From Fibrobacteria bacterium (GTDB lineage Bacteria; Fibrobacterota; Fibrobacteria; UBA11236), in the NCBI GenBank assembly GCA_050486505.1, contig JBJHDK010000054.1, forward strand, positions 1-15,989: a DNA stretch of 15,989 bases, given 5' to 3'. Positions 8,195-15,989 of this stretch are shown here, one piece after another. Every line of letters starts with the position of its first letter. Position 1 is the stretch's first letter. The notes beneath the pieces were generated by a model. It was given only the letters and a program-made list of their open reading frames with translations. It searched no databases and was not told the DNA's origin. The translations under genes were made by a program, and so were the position numbers.

Positions 8195-10789
8195 ATGAGC
8201 CAGGAACATGAAATGACCGCATCCCCCGCCGGCAAGGTGGTGGACGCCTTCATCGAGGAGGAGATGAAGATCTCCTACCTGCGCTACTCGATGTCCGTGA
8301 TCGTGTCGCGCGCCCTGCCCGACGTGAGGGACGGGCTCAAGCCCGTGCACCGGCGCATCCTCTTCGGCATGGAGAACATCTCCGTCTTCAGCGACAAGCC
8401 GTACAAGAAATCGGCGAACATCGTCGGTGAAGTGATGGGTAAATATCACCCCCACGGCGACTCGGCGATTTATGACTCCATCGTGCGCATGGCGCAAGGG
8501 TGGTCGATGCGCTATCCTCTGGTGGACGGGCAAGGAAACTTCGGGTCGGTCGACGGAGACTCCCCCGCCGCCATGCGTTACACCGAAGCGCGCATGGACA
8601 AGATGGCCGAACTCGTCCTGAAGGACCTGGAGAAGGAGACCGTCGACTTCGTGCCGAACTACGACGAATCCCTGAAGGAACCCGTCGTTCTTCCCTCCGC
8701 GTTCCCCAACCTGCTGGTCAACGGCAGCACCGGCATTGCCGTGGGCATGGCCACCAACATGGCCCCCCACAACCTGCGCGAGATCGTCAACGCGTGCACG
8801 GCCATGATCCGCAACCCCGACGTCAGCGCCGAGGAGTTGATGGCGCTCGTCAGCGGTCCCGACTTCCCCACCGGGGGCATCATCCACGGTCGCAGCGGGA
8901 TCCGCGAAGCCTACCTCACGGGTCGTGGGCGCGTGGTGGTTCGCGGCCGCACGGAAATCGAGGAAATGGCCAACGGCCGTCGCCGCATCGTCGTGACCGA
9001 GATCCCGTACCAGGTCAACAAGACCAACTTGCTCGAGAAAATGGCCGCGCTGGTCCGCGACAAGGAGATCGAAGGTATCTCCGACCTCCGCGACGAAAGC
9101 GACCGCAACGGCATGAGCATCATCATCGAGCTCAAGAAGGACGCCTTCCCCGAAGTGGTGCTCAACGGTCTCTACAAGCATACCCAGCTGCAGGACACCT
9201 TCGGAATCAACAACCTCGCCCTCGTGGACGGACGCCCGAAGACCCTCGGATTGCGCGACCTGGTCTTTTACTTCCTCAAGCATCGCCACGAAGTGGTGGA
9301 ACGGCGCACCCGGTTCGAGCTGCGCAAGGCACAGGATCGAGCTCACATCCTCGAGGGCCTCCGCATCGCACTGGACCACATCGATGCCATCGTCGCGCTC
9401 ATTCGCGCAAGCTCGGACGCTGCCGAAGCCAAAGCCGGCCTCATCGAGCACTTCAACCTCTCCGACCGCCAGGCGGACGCCATTCTCGAGATGCGCCTGC
9501 AGCGCCTGACCGGCCTTGAGCGCGACAAGATCGAAAACGAGTACCAGGAGTTGCTGAAGACGATTGCGGACTTGAACGATATCCTCGCCAACCGCGACCG
9601 CCGCATGGCCATCATCGAGGCCGAGCTCACCGAGATCGCCAACAAGCACGGGGACGAACGCCGCACCGAAATCGTCGACCACGCCGACGACATCGACGCG
9701 CTCGACCTCATCCCCAACGAGCCCATGGTCATCACCGTTTCTCACGGCGGCTATATCAAACGCATCGGCACAGACGCCTACAAGTTGCAGGGACGCGGCG
9801 GGCGCGGCGTCTCGGGCGCAGGCCTCAAGGACGAAGATTTCGTCGAGCATCTCTTCGTGGGCTGGACTCACGGCTACGTGCTCGTCTTCACGAACCTCGG
9901 CCGCTGCCACTGGATTCGCGTGCATCTCATCCCCGAGGGGGCACGTACCGCCAAGGGCAAGGCCTTGGTCAACCTCATCCAGCTTCAGGAGGACGAGAGG
10001 GTCAGCGCGTTCGTGCCCGTTCGGGGATTCGACGATCCACGCTCGCTGGTCTTCGCCACCGAACGCGGCGTCATCAACAAAATGACACTCGACGCCTTAT
10101 CGCGTCCGCGTAGCGCCGGCATCAACGCCATTGAGCTGAACGAGGACGACCGCCTCGTACGCGTGGCGCTCGCCTCGGAAGACGACGACGTCATGATCGG
10201 AACCCGCAAGGGTCAGGCCATCCGCTTCTCCATGGGCAAGTTCCGCCGCATGGGCCGCGGAACCCGCGGAGTGCGCGGCATCACGCTGGTCGAAGAAGAC
10301 TCCGTGATCGGCATGATTCTGGTCGAGGCGGGGGTCACCGTGCTGACCATCACCGAGAAGGGGTCCGGAAAGCGAACCGAACCCGGTGAGTATCGCGTCA
10401 CCGGACGGGGCGGCAAGGGTGTTCGCAACTTCCGCATTACGGAAAAAACGGGTGACGCAGTTTGCCTCGCTTCCGTTCGCGACGACCAGGAGATCCTGAT
10501 CATCACCCGGAACGGCAATATCATCCGTCAGGAAGCCGGAGGGATCAGCGTCATCGGCCGCGACACCCAGGGTGTCCGCGTCATCCGTCCCGAAGAAGGC
10601 GATGTGGTGACCGGCGTCACCGTTGTGGAGAAGGACGATGTCGACCCTGACAAACTCGAGTCCGCGGAAGAGGCACGCGCGCAACACGCGGCCGAAGTCG
10701 GATCCGCGCACCAGGATGATGCCGCCGGTGCAGGCGACGAATCCGACGAGGCGGAAGACGCGGAGGACGCCGGGGAGTCACGCCCCTGA
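8195..10789 (+). CDS. gyrA: DNA gyrase subunit A
   Basis: [34 protein letters not shown] (catalytic Tyr), GyrA-box QGRGGRG at the start of a six-blade CTD, acidic tail; AGGAG RBS. Confidence 0.98.
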   Translation: MSQEHEMTASPAGKVVDAFIEEEMKISYLRYSMSVIVSRALPDVRDGLKPVHRRILFGMENISVFSDKPYKKSANIVGEVMGKYHPHGDSAIYDSIVRMAQGWSMRYPLVDGQGNFGSVDGDSPAAMRYTEARMDKMAELVLKDLEKETVDFVPNYDESLKEPVVLPSAFPNLLVNGSTGIAVGMATNMAPHNLREIVNACTAMIRNPDVSAEELMALVSGPDFPTGGIIHGRSGIREAYLTGRGRVVVRGRTEIEEMANGRRRIVVTEIPYQVNKTNLLEKMAALVRDKEIEGISDLRDESDRNGMSIIIELKKDAFPEVVLNGLYKHTQLQDTFGINNLALVDGRPKTLGLRDLVFYFLKHRHEVVERRTRFELRKAQDRAHILEGLRIALDHIDAIVALIRASSDAAEAKAGLIEHFNLSDRQADAILEMRLQRLTGLERDKIENEYQELLKTIADLNDILANRDRRMAIIEAELTEIANKHGDERRTEIVDHADDIDALDLIPNEPMVITVSHGGYIKRIGTDAYKLQGRGGRGVSGAGLKDEDFVEHLFVGWTHGYVLVFTNLGRCHWIRVHLIPEGARTAKGKALVNLIQLQEDERVSAFVPVRGFDDPRSLVFATERGVINKMTLDALSRPRSAGINAIELNEDDRLVRVALASEDDDVMIGTRKGQAIRFSMGKFRRMGRGTRGVRGITLVEEDSVIGMILVEAGVTVLTITEKGSGKRTEPGEYRVTGRGGKGVRNFRITEKTGDAVCLASVRDDQEILIITRNGNIIRQEAGGISVIGRDTQGVRVIRPEEGDVVTGVTVVEKDDVDPDKLESAEEARAQHAAEVGSAHQDDAAGAGDESDEAEDAEDAGESRP

Positions 10790-11229
10790 GCCATCTCCCC
10801 CGCCCTCTCTCCGAAACCGCGCGCCGCGCGAAGGCTCGTCTTGGATGGCTCGCCGCCCTTGTTTACATGGGAGGCCTCTTTATCCTGTCCGGAATTCCGG
10901 GGGAGCACCTCCCTGTCCTGGAACCGCCTGCCGACAAGGTCGGTCATTTCGCCATGTATCTGGGACTGGGAGCCGTCATCGCGCTGCGGGTCGGCATCAC
11001 AGACTTTTTCCTCGGCCACCGTGTCACCCGCTGGACAAAGGGCGGATGGATCGCGCCCACGGTCGGGGTCGTCTACGCAATCCTCAACGAAGTGCAGCAA
11101 ATCTTCGTCCCCAGCCGCAGTTTCAGCTACGGGGACATCGTCGCGAACGTGACAGGGCTGTTGATCGGGTTCTGGGTGATGCGCTGGATCGACAAAAAAT
11201 GGCCACGAAAGAACACAAAGGACACATAG
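10786..11229 (+). CDS. VanZ-like family membrane protein
   Basis: DKVGHFAMYLGLG and YAILNEVQQIFVPSRSFSYGDIVANVTG motifs. First ATG is at 10867, but the first TM helix (WLAALVYMGGLFILS) begins earlier, so the start is tentatively CTG 10786. Confidence 0.85.
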   Translation: MSHLPRPLSETARRAKARLGWLAALVYMGGLFILSGIPGEHLPVLEPPADKVGHFAMYLGLGAVIALRVGITDFFLGHRVTRWTKGGWIAPTVGVVYAILNEVQQIFVPSRSFSYGDIVANVTGLLIGFWVMRWIDKKWPRKNTKDT

Positions 11230-11264
11230 ACCGAACAGCGCGGCTCTTTGCGTTCTTTCGCGGC
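11194..11264 (-). terminator. Long inverted repeat / probable gmhA terminator
   Basis: 19-nt arms at 11202-11220 and 11246-11264 (17/19 match; both mismatches are G-U pairs on the minus strand), followed on the minus strand by ATTTTTT. Confidence 0.55.
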
Positions 11265-11860
11265 TATTCCCCGTAGTTTTCCGGAAAGAGCCTCCGCTCC
11301 AGCGATTCGATCAGGATATGCAGCACCACCATGTGTACCTCCTGAACGCGCTCGGTGTCGGGGGACTTGACATGGATTTCCGCGTCTCCCCTGCCCCGCA
11401 GCTTGCCACCGTCCTTGCCCAGCATCAGGTGAACCTTCATGCCGAGCTTGCGCGCGGCCTCCACGGCATTGATGACATTTGGGGAGTTCCCGCTGGTGGA
11501 GATCGCCAGCAAGATGTCCCCCGGCCTTCCATAGGCTTCGACAGCGCGCGAGAAGATGCTTTCAAACCCGTAGTCGTTGGCGATGCAGGTGATATTCGCG
11601 CCTTCGAGCAGTGGAATCACGGGAAGCGCCTTCCTGTCTCCCTTGAAACGTCCCGTCAGTTCTTCGGAAAAATGCAGCGCATCGCAGGCCGAGCCGCCAT
11701 TCCCGCATGTCAACACCTTGTTCCCGGAAGCGAAACATTCCGCCAGCCCGGCCGCCATGCGGTCCATGGCTTCGAGATTGGAGGGATCCGCAATGAAAGC
11801 GTCAAGCGCAGCGCGTGAGGCCTCCAGCGCATTCTTGATGGGGGTTCGGGTATCGGCCAT
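11264..11860 (-). CDS. gmhA: D-sedoheptulose 7-phosphate isomerase (SIS domain)
   Basis: CGNGGSACDALHFSEEL, ANDYGFE.IFSR, GDILLAISTSGNSPNV, RVQEVH. Confidence 0.96.
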   Translation of the reverse strand: MADTRTPIKNALEASRAALDAFIADPSNLEAMDRMAAGLAECFASGNKVLTCGNGGSACDALHFSEELTGRFKGDRKALPVIPLLEGANITCIANDYGFESIFSRAVEAYGRPGDILLAISTSGNSPNVINAVEAARKLGMKVHLMLGKDGGKLRGRGDAEIHVKSPDTERVQEVHMVVLHILIESLERRLFPENYGE

Positions 11861-11890
11861 GCGCGCGAAGATAGCTACGTGACCGCGATC

Positions 11891-12262
11891 TCACCCCTGC
11901 GGTGAGGCAGCAGCCCGGATCCGCACTCCCGCCCAGGCTCCGAGCATCGCAGTGATGCCACCGAGCAGCGCCGTCACAACGACAAGCATCCAGCCGCCGG
12001 GAAGATGAAAAAGCGGCGCGATGCGCGCCGAAAGCACCCCGCCGTTGCGCAAGTCGATCCACGCAGCCACACCCCCCCAAGCGAACGCGCCGCCGACGGC
12101 AGCCGCCGCAAGACGCGCACGCGAGTCTGCCTGCCCGCGCGGCGCTGTCCGGCCCGGAGGGTCCCATGCGCCCGCGAAGAAACCCGGCACAGCGGGCCAC
12201 CACCAAGGAAACCCCCACGCTCCCGCGAACGCGACGATAAAAACGAAAAGACCGCGTTTCAT
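11891..12262 (-). CDS. Small multi-pass membrane protein of unknown function (123 aa)
   Basis: ATG 12262 overlaps the acylase TGA (ATGA). About four hydrophobic segments: PWWWP motif, AWGGVAAWIDLRNGGVLSARIAPLF, LVVVTALLGG. Confidence 0.8.
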   Translation of the reverse strand: MKRGLFVFIVAFAGAWGFPWWWPAVPGFFAGAWDPPGRTAPRGQADSRARLAAAAVGGAFAWGGVAAWIDLRNGGVLSARIAPLFHLPGGWMLVVVTALLGGITAMLGAWAGVRIRAAASPQG

Positions 12263-14790
12263 GGGTTGACTCCCAATGTGAGCGTCCACGCAGTCGTGTC
12301 GGAGATATCGCCCGCCCGCAGACGCAACCGGAGAGGACGCAGTTTCCCGGATGCCCAGTCGTCCACAAATCCCGTGTAGGCCGGCGAACCCGGGTTTCCC
12401 GTTTGCCCTCCGGGATAGATTCCCCACGCTTCAGGCCTGGCCTTCGGAGAGCGGGGATCGGGAAGCTGAACGACCATGCGCCAGGATGGACCATGGGACC
12501 CGCGCTGGGCATTGAGACACTCGCGGCATCCGTCGAGCGCCAGCTCGTGGACACCAAGGGTGCGCAGGCGCAGCAGGTGCGGGATGCTGACCGGGCGGTG
12601 CCGTCCCCAAGGGAGTTCGTCCGTGATGCGGGCCGAATCCACGGCCTCCGAGAAAGCCGCACGCACATGACGACTCCAAGCATCAGCCGAATCCCCCGCG
12701 AGAAGATCAAGCGTCACCTGGCGTGACGGCCAGACATAAAACGTCGTGTCTCCGCCGAAGCTTTCTTCCCATGCCCTGCGATAAAATGCATTCCACCAGC
12801 GCTCGAAGTGCACGGGTGCGACCGCTTCGGCACGATAACGCCGGTCCCATTCCCGCAACGACGCTTCGATGCGGATTGCTTCGGGAATTCCACCCGGGGG
12901 CTCCAGAGCATCGACCGGGCGATCCAGATGCGCAAGCAGCAACGGCAGCGCGATGTCGGCATGGCTGCTTCGGGAGTCGAACATGACCCCGCGCGCCCAT
13001 TCGGGCGTGGCGGCATATTCCGGTTCCAGGAGGCGGTGCAAACGCCGGGCCCGTTCCGACGGGTAGAAATGCGCTCCGAGCCAGTAGGGGTAGTCCGGGC
13101 CGGTCACCTCCTGGTTCGCGGAGGCCAGCCATCCCCGAGCCGGATTCCGGGCGGCAGGAAGCTCCTCTCCGGGAATGAATTCTGTCCACTCGAGGTCGGG
13201 CTCTTCGCCTTCCAGCGGCCGCAACAGCCGCCTCCCCTGCCCCGATGCCTTCACCGGAACGCGCCCCTGGTGCACCATGGCAATGCCGTCGTCAGCGGCG
13301 AAGACAATGTTTTGCGACGGGGTTTCCAGCCTGGACACGGCATCCCTGAATTCGGGGTAATCGCGCGCGGTGAGAAGGCGGAGAAAGGCGCCAAGCTCGT
13401 TGGAAGGATCGAGCGCCGTCCACTGCAGCGCGTGCCCCTGCGGCGTGTTGTTCCCGAAGGGTTCCTGGCCGGGATGAACGGGAACCGGACCCGGATGCGT
13501 CCACAGCTGCGTGTCCACGACTGCCTCTCCGCCCCGCACGAACACCGTATCTTGAACACGGCGCACGACCCGCCATTCGTCGTTCCAGCGATAGGCATCA
13601 TTTGCCTCGTCACGAAACTCCAGCCCGACCCAGTCGAAGACGTCGTTCATGCCGTTGGTAAGTCCCCATGCGGTCGTGCGCGTGAACCCGATGACGATCC
13701 CGGGAACGCCCGGAAGGCTGACGCCCATCGCATTAAGTCCGCCTCCATGTAACTGAATGGCATACCAAGTGGAGGGCAAGGTCAGGTCAAGGTGCGGGTC
13801 GTTGGCGAGCAGGGGGAATCCCGCGCGAGTTCGCGATCCCGACAGGACGAAGTTGTTCGATCCGGAGCCTGCCCCCGCGCCAAGTTGCCAGAGAGAAGCG
13901 GGGGACGGGTTGGCGTTGAGTCCGGCGACGGGGGACGGGGGCGTTCCCTGTCGGGGCGACCTGCTGGTCGCCCCTACGGAGAGTGGATGGCGCCCACGTC
14001 CCCCGTCGCCCGTCTCCCGTCTCTCGACCCTGTCCCCTGCCCCTTTCATCACCTCCGGTGGCAGGATCGGCTCGGAGCCGGGGTGGCGGTCGGGGTAGTT
14101 ACGCCGGAAGAAGCCCTCTCCCAGCGAATCCGCCACGCGCGTCAGGCGCAGGTCGTCATGCCCCTGCGACAGCGTCCACTTCATGTTACCGATCAGGGCC
14201 ATGCTCTTCAGGGGGGTCCATGGTTCCGGGGCATATTGCAACAACTTGAATTCAAGCGGCCAAGTCCTTTGATTCAAAGAGCTTATCCACGCATTCACTC
14301 CATCCGTGTACCCCTCCAGCGCGATGCGGGACAAGGAATCTTCCAGCGCCAGCGAGAGTGAGGCACGCGCCGCCAGAGGCATGCCCATGCGCCGCCGTTC
14401 GAGGTCAAAATCCACCAGGGAAGGCCCCATGATTTCAGAAAGGCGGCCCATGCCCGCGCGACTCTGAATATCCATTTGCCAGAGGCGATCGCGTGCCGTC
14501 ACATACCCCTGCGCAAAAAACAGCCCACGCAGGTCGCCCCCCGCAAACACATGGGGGATGCCGTTCGCGTCGTACTCGACCACGACCTCGTGATTCAGGC
14601 CGGATGCTGGCACATGCCGGTCCTGCGGGCCCCGGGTTTCCGCGTTGCGCCAAAACCCTTCCGCGGGGCTGAGAAACTTTCCCATGGCCGGCAGGCTGCC
14701 CCACGGCTGCCCCAGCACGAGGATCCAGAGGGCAAGCGCCGCGACGGGCGGCAGCAGGGAGAACAGGCCTTTGCGGGCGGGGACGGACAC
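12259..14790 (-). CDS. Penicillin acylase family (peptidase S45, Ntn-hydrolase) protein
   Basis: N-terminal TM/signal; YDANGIPHVFA, FFAQGYVTARDRLWQMD; beta-chain start GSNNFVLSGSRT..LLANDPHL with the nucleophilic Ser; SANQ; HGPSWRMVV; YPGGQTGNPGS. Confidence 0.95.
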   Translation of the reverse strand: MSVPARKGLFSLLPPVAALALWILVLGQPWGSLPAMGKFLSPAEGFWRNAETRGPQDRHVPASGLNHEVVVEYDANGIPHVFAGGDLRGLFFAQGYVTARDRLWQMDIQSRAGMGRLSEIMGPSLVDFDLERRRMGMPLAARASLSLALEDSLSRIALEGYTDGVNAWISSLNQRTWPLEFKLLQYAPEPWTPLKSMALIGNMKWTLSQGHDDLRLTRVADSLGEGFFRRNYPDRHPGSEPILPPEVMKGAGDRVERRETGDGGRGRHPLSVGATSRSPRQGTPPSPVAGLNANPSPASLWQLGAGAGSGSNNFVLSGSRTRAGFPLLANDPHLDLTLPSTWYAIQLHGGGLNAMGVSLPGVPGIVIGFTRTTAWGLTNGMNDVFDWVGLEFRDEANDAYRWNDEWRVVRRVQDTVFVRGGEAVVDTQLWTHPGPVPVHPGQEPFGNNTPQGHALQWTALDPSNELGAFLRLLTARDYPEFRDAVSRLETPSQNIVFAADDGIAMVHQGRVPVKASGQGRRLLRPLEGEEPDLEWTEFIPGEELPAARNPARGWLASANQEVTGPDYPYWLGAHFYPSERARRLHRLLEPEYAATPEWARGVMFDSRSSHADIALPLLLAHLDRPVDALEPPGGIPEAIRIEASLREWDRRYRAEAVAPVHFERWWNAFYRRAWEESFGGDTTFYVWPSRQVTLDLLAGDSADAWSRHVRAAFSEAVDSARITDELPWGRHRPVSIPHLLRLRTLGVHELALDGCRECLNAQRGSHGPSWRMVVQLPDPRSPKARPEAWGIYPGGQTGNPGSPAYTGFVDDWASGKLRPLRLRLRAGDISDTTAWTLTLGVNP
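13891..14025. repeat. Composite palindromic element (heptamer inverted repeats enclosing a REP) inside the acylase spacer
   Basis: Arms 13924-13943 and 13991-14010 match 19/20 as inverted repeats. Central minus-strand GTAGGGGCGACC-AGCA-GGTCGCCCC at 13977-13953. Tandem GG[A/C/G]GACG heptamers. Confidence 0.75.
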
Positions 14791-14798
14791 GCGCCTCC

Positions 14799-15287
14799 CT
14801 ACACCAGCTTCCGCAGGGTCTGGATCACCCCCAGATGCTGCGTCTCATGCGCCACGGCGTAGGCAAGCGCCTCCGCGAATCCCGGGAGAACGATTCCGGT
14901 GGAGGTTTCGTACGCGGCAAAGGTTTTGAACACGTTGTTGCGGATGTCTTCACGCAGCAGGGCGAGGCTTTCGAGCAACCACGATTTGACCTCTTCGATG
15001 TCGATACGTCCAGGCCACTGCGAGGGGTTCGTGCCCTTGCGGAACAGCGGCAGGAAATACACGGGGACGCGCGGCGGCAGTCCGGAGCGTTCGTAGCAGA
15101 GGATTTGTTGCGAAACGATGGCATGACCGAGATTCCACAGGATGTTGTTGTGGAATTTTGGGGGGACACGGTGGAGTTGTGCTTCGGACAGGGATTCCGT
15201 GCAGGCCAGCATGCGCTTGCGGGTGTTCTCCAGCAGCGAGAGCTGGAACTCGACCATCGGCGTCAGTAAGGGGCAGGGGGAGTCCAT
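14799..15287 (-). CDS. DinB/YfiT-superfamily protein
   Basis: NNILWNLGH ... HETQHLG His triad and four-helix pattern. Start placed at ATG 15287 (TACTTT 6 nt upstream); ATG 15257 is an alternative. Confidence 0.88.
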   Translation of the reverse strand: MDSPCPLLTPMVEFQLSLLENTRKRMLACTESLSEAQLHRVPPKFHNNILWNLGHAIVSQQILCYERSGLPPRVPVYFLPLFRKGTNPSQWPGRIDIEEVKSWLLESLALLREDIRNNVFKTFAAYETSTGIVLPGFAEALAYAVAHETQHLGVIQTLRKLV

Positions 15288-15351
15288 GGGTGGAAAGTAA
15301 GAACGGGAGTCGGGAATGGGGAATGGCGGCCCCGCCACCGGATACCCGCCT

Positions 15352-15987
15352 TCAGCGGGGAAGAAAGCGCAGGTAGTAGGTGCCGGAAGCAAGAGGGGCG
15401 CCCTTGCGGTCGCGGCCGTCCCATGCCACTACGCGCACCCCGTCGCGGGCGGGGCTGGCGGTTCGGGTCCAGTGGATTCCGCCACGCGCATCGTGAATCA
15501 CCAATGTCACGCGGTCGAGCGCATGGAATTCCGCCGGAATCCGCAAAGCCTGGGGTCCTCGCATCACCAGCAATCGTGCGGGAGGCGTCCCGGAACGCAG
15601 GGCCGCAGCCCCCCCGGTGGCGAGCTCGAACATCGCCGTGGACGCCCCGCCGTGGCTGAAAGCCGTCACGGTGTACGGCTGCAATGCCGAAGACCGCACG
15701 GGAGTCCCGAAAAGCGTTCCCGAAGCTGTATCGAAGAGGAGCCCGGTCAACGCGGCCGGGTCTGGCTGGATACGCCATCCCTCAACCGGGGGCAGCACGA
15801 TGACCTGCCCCGTGCCGGGATCAACGGTGCTCATCGGCGGCGCGACGGGGAGGATGGGCGTCCCCAGCGGCCAATCCTGGGGAGACGGATATTGCACGAC
15901 CGGACGAGGCTGAAGCCCCTGGCGGAGAAGGACTCCCTGTGCGCCCCCGGACCACGCCTGCCCCTCCCGGACGCGGACGAAGCGTAA
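15352..15987 (-). CDS. Secreted/surface protein, C-terminal part: putative Ig (He_PIG-like) domain plus FlgD-Ig-like C-terminal domain (5' end outside window)
   Basis: Frame is open to the window edge (LRFVRVREGQAWSGGAQGVLLR...). LTGLLFDTASGTLFGTP...YTVTA is Ig-like; VTLVIHDARG...WDGRDRKGAPLASGTYYLRF is FlgD-Ig-like. Confidence 0.8.
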   Translation of the reverse strand, partial: LRFVRVREGQAWSGGAQGVLLRQGLQPRPVVQYPSPQDWPLGTPILPVAPPMSTVDPGTGQVIVLPPVEGWRIQPDPAALTGLLFDTASGTLFGTPVRSSALQPYTVTAFSHGGASTAMFELATGGAAALRSGTPPARLLVMRGPQALRIPAEFHALDRVTLVIHDARGGIHWTRTASPARDGVRVVAWDGRDRKGAPLASGTYYLRFLPR

Positions 15988-15989
15988 CC

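Noticed and set aside
8192..9925. 577-aa antisense ORF to gyrA (similarly 4396-5823, 1422-2354, 1733-2707, 12808-13752)
   Set aside because: Shadow ORFs expected from high-GC codon bias opposite well-conserved genes; no recognisable motifs.
10640..10789. Acidic low-complexity GyrA tail as a novelty
   Set aside because: Acidic C-terminal tails are an established feature of GyrA.
10786..11229. Glycopeptide-resistance locus (vanZ)
   Set aside because: VanZ-like proteins are widespread and mostly uncharacterised; no vanHAX or vanRS genes are nearby.
12263..12427. Longer start for the small membrane protein
   Set aside because: Overlaps the acylase C-terminus; ATG 12262 in an ATGA overlap is far more plausible.
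15288..15392. Longer start for the DinB protein
   Set aside because: Overlaps the upstream gene's end and crosses heptamer/hairpin intergenic DNA.

Overview
High-GC bacterial chromosomal segment made up mostly of housekeeping genes: 3' end of ilvC, an isochorismatase-family hydrolase, a hypothetical helical protein, obgE-mltG, hisS-queF-serC (minus strand), surE-gyrA-VanZ-like gene, gmhA, a DinB-family / penicillin-acylase-family / small membrane protein cluster (minus strand), and the 3' part of a secreted Ig/FlgD-Ig-domain protein. That C-terminal domain type suggests the FCB group, possibly Fibrobacterota (inference only). I see no CRISPR, rRNA/tRNA, transposase, prophage or defence system. 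The notable signals are at the DNA/RNA level. (1) A family of GTAG/GTAA-GGGCGA REP-like palindromes has at least 6 copies; two lie in frame inside proteins (the cleavable spacer of the acylase and the QueF N-terminus) and one supplies the queF stop codon. (2) ~65-bp imperfect direct repeats bracket queF, and a 14-bp stem overlaps its ribosome-binding site. (3) A TANNTT -10-like box sits 6-9 nt upstream of six start codons that lack a Shine-Dalgarno, suggesting widespread leaderless mRNAs. (4) The VanZ-like gene probably starts at a CTG coupled to the gyrA stop.
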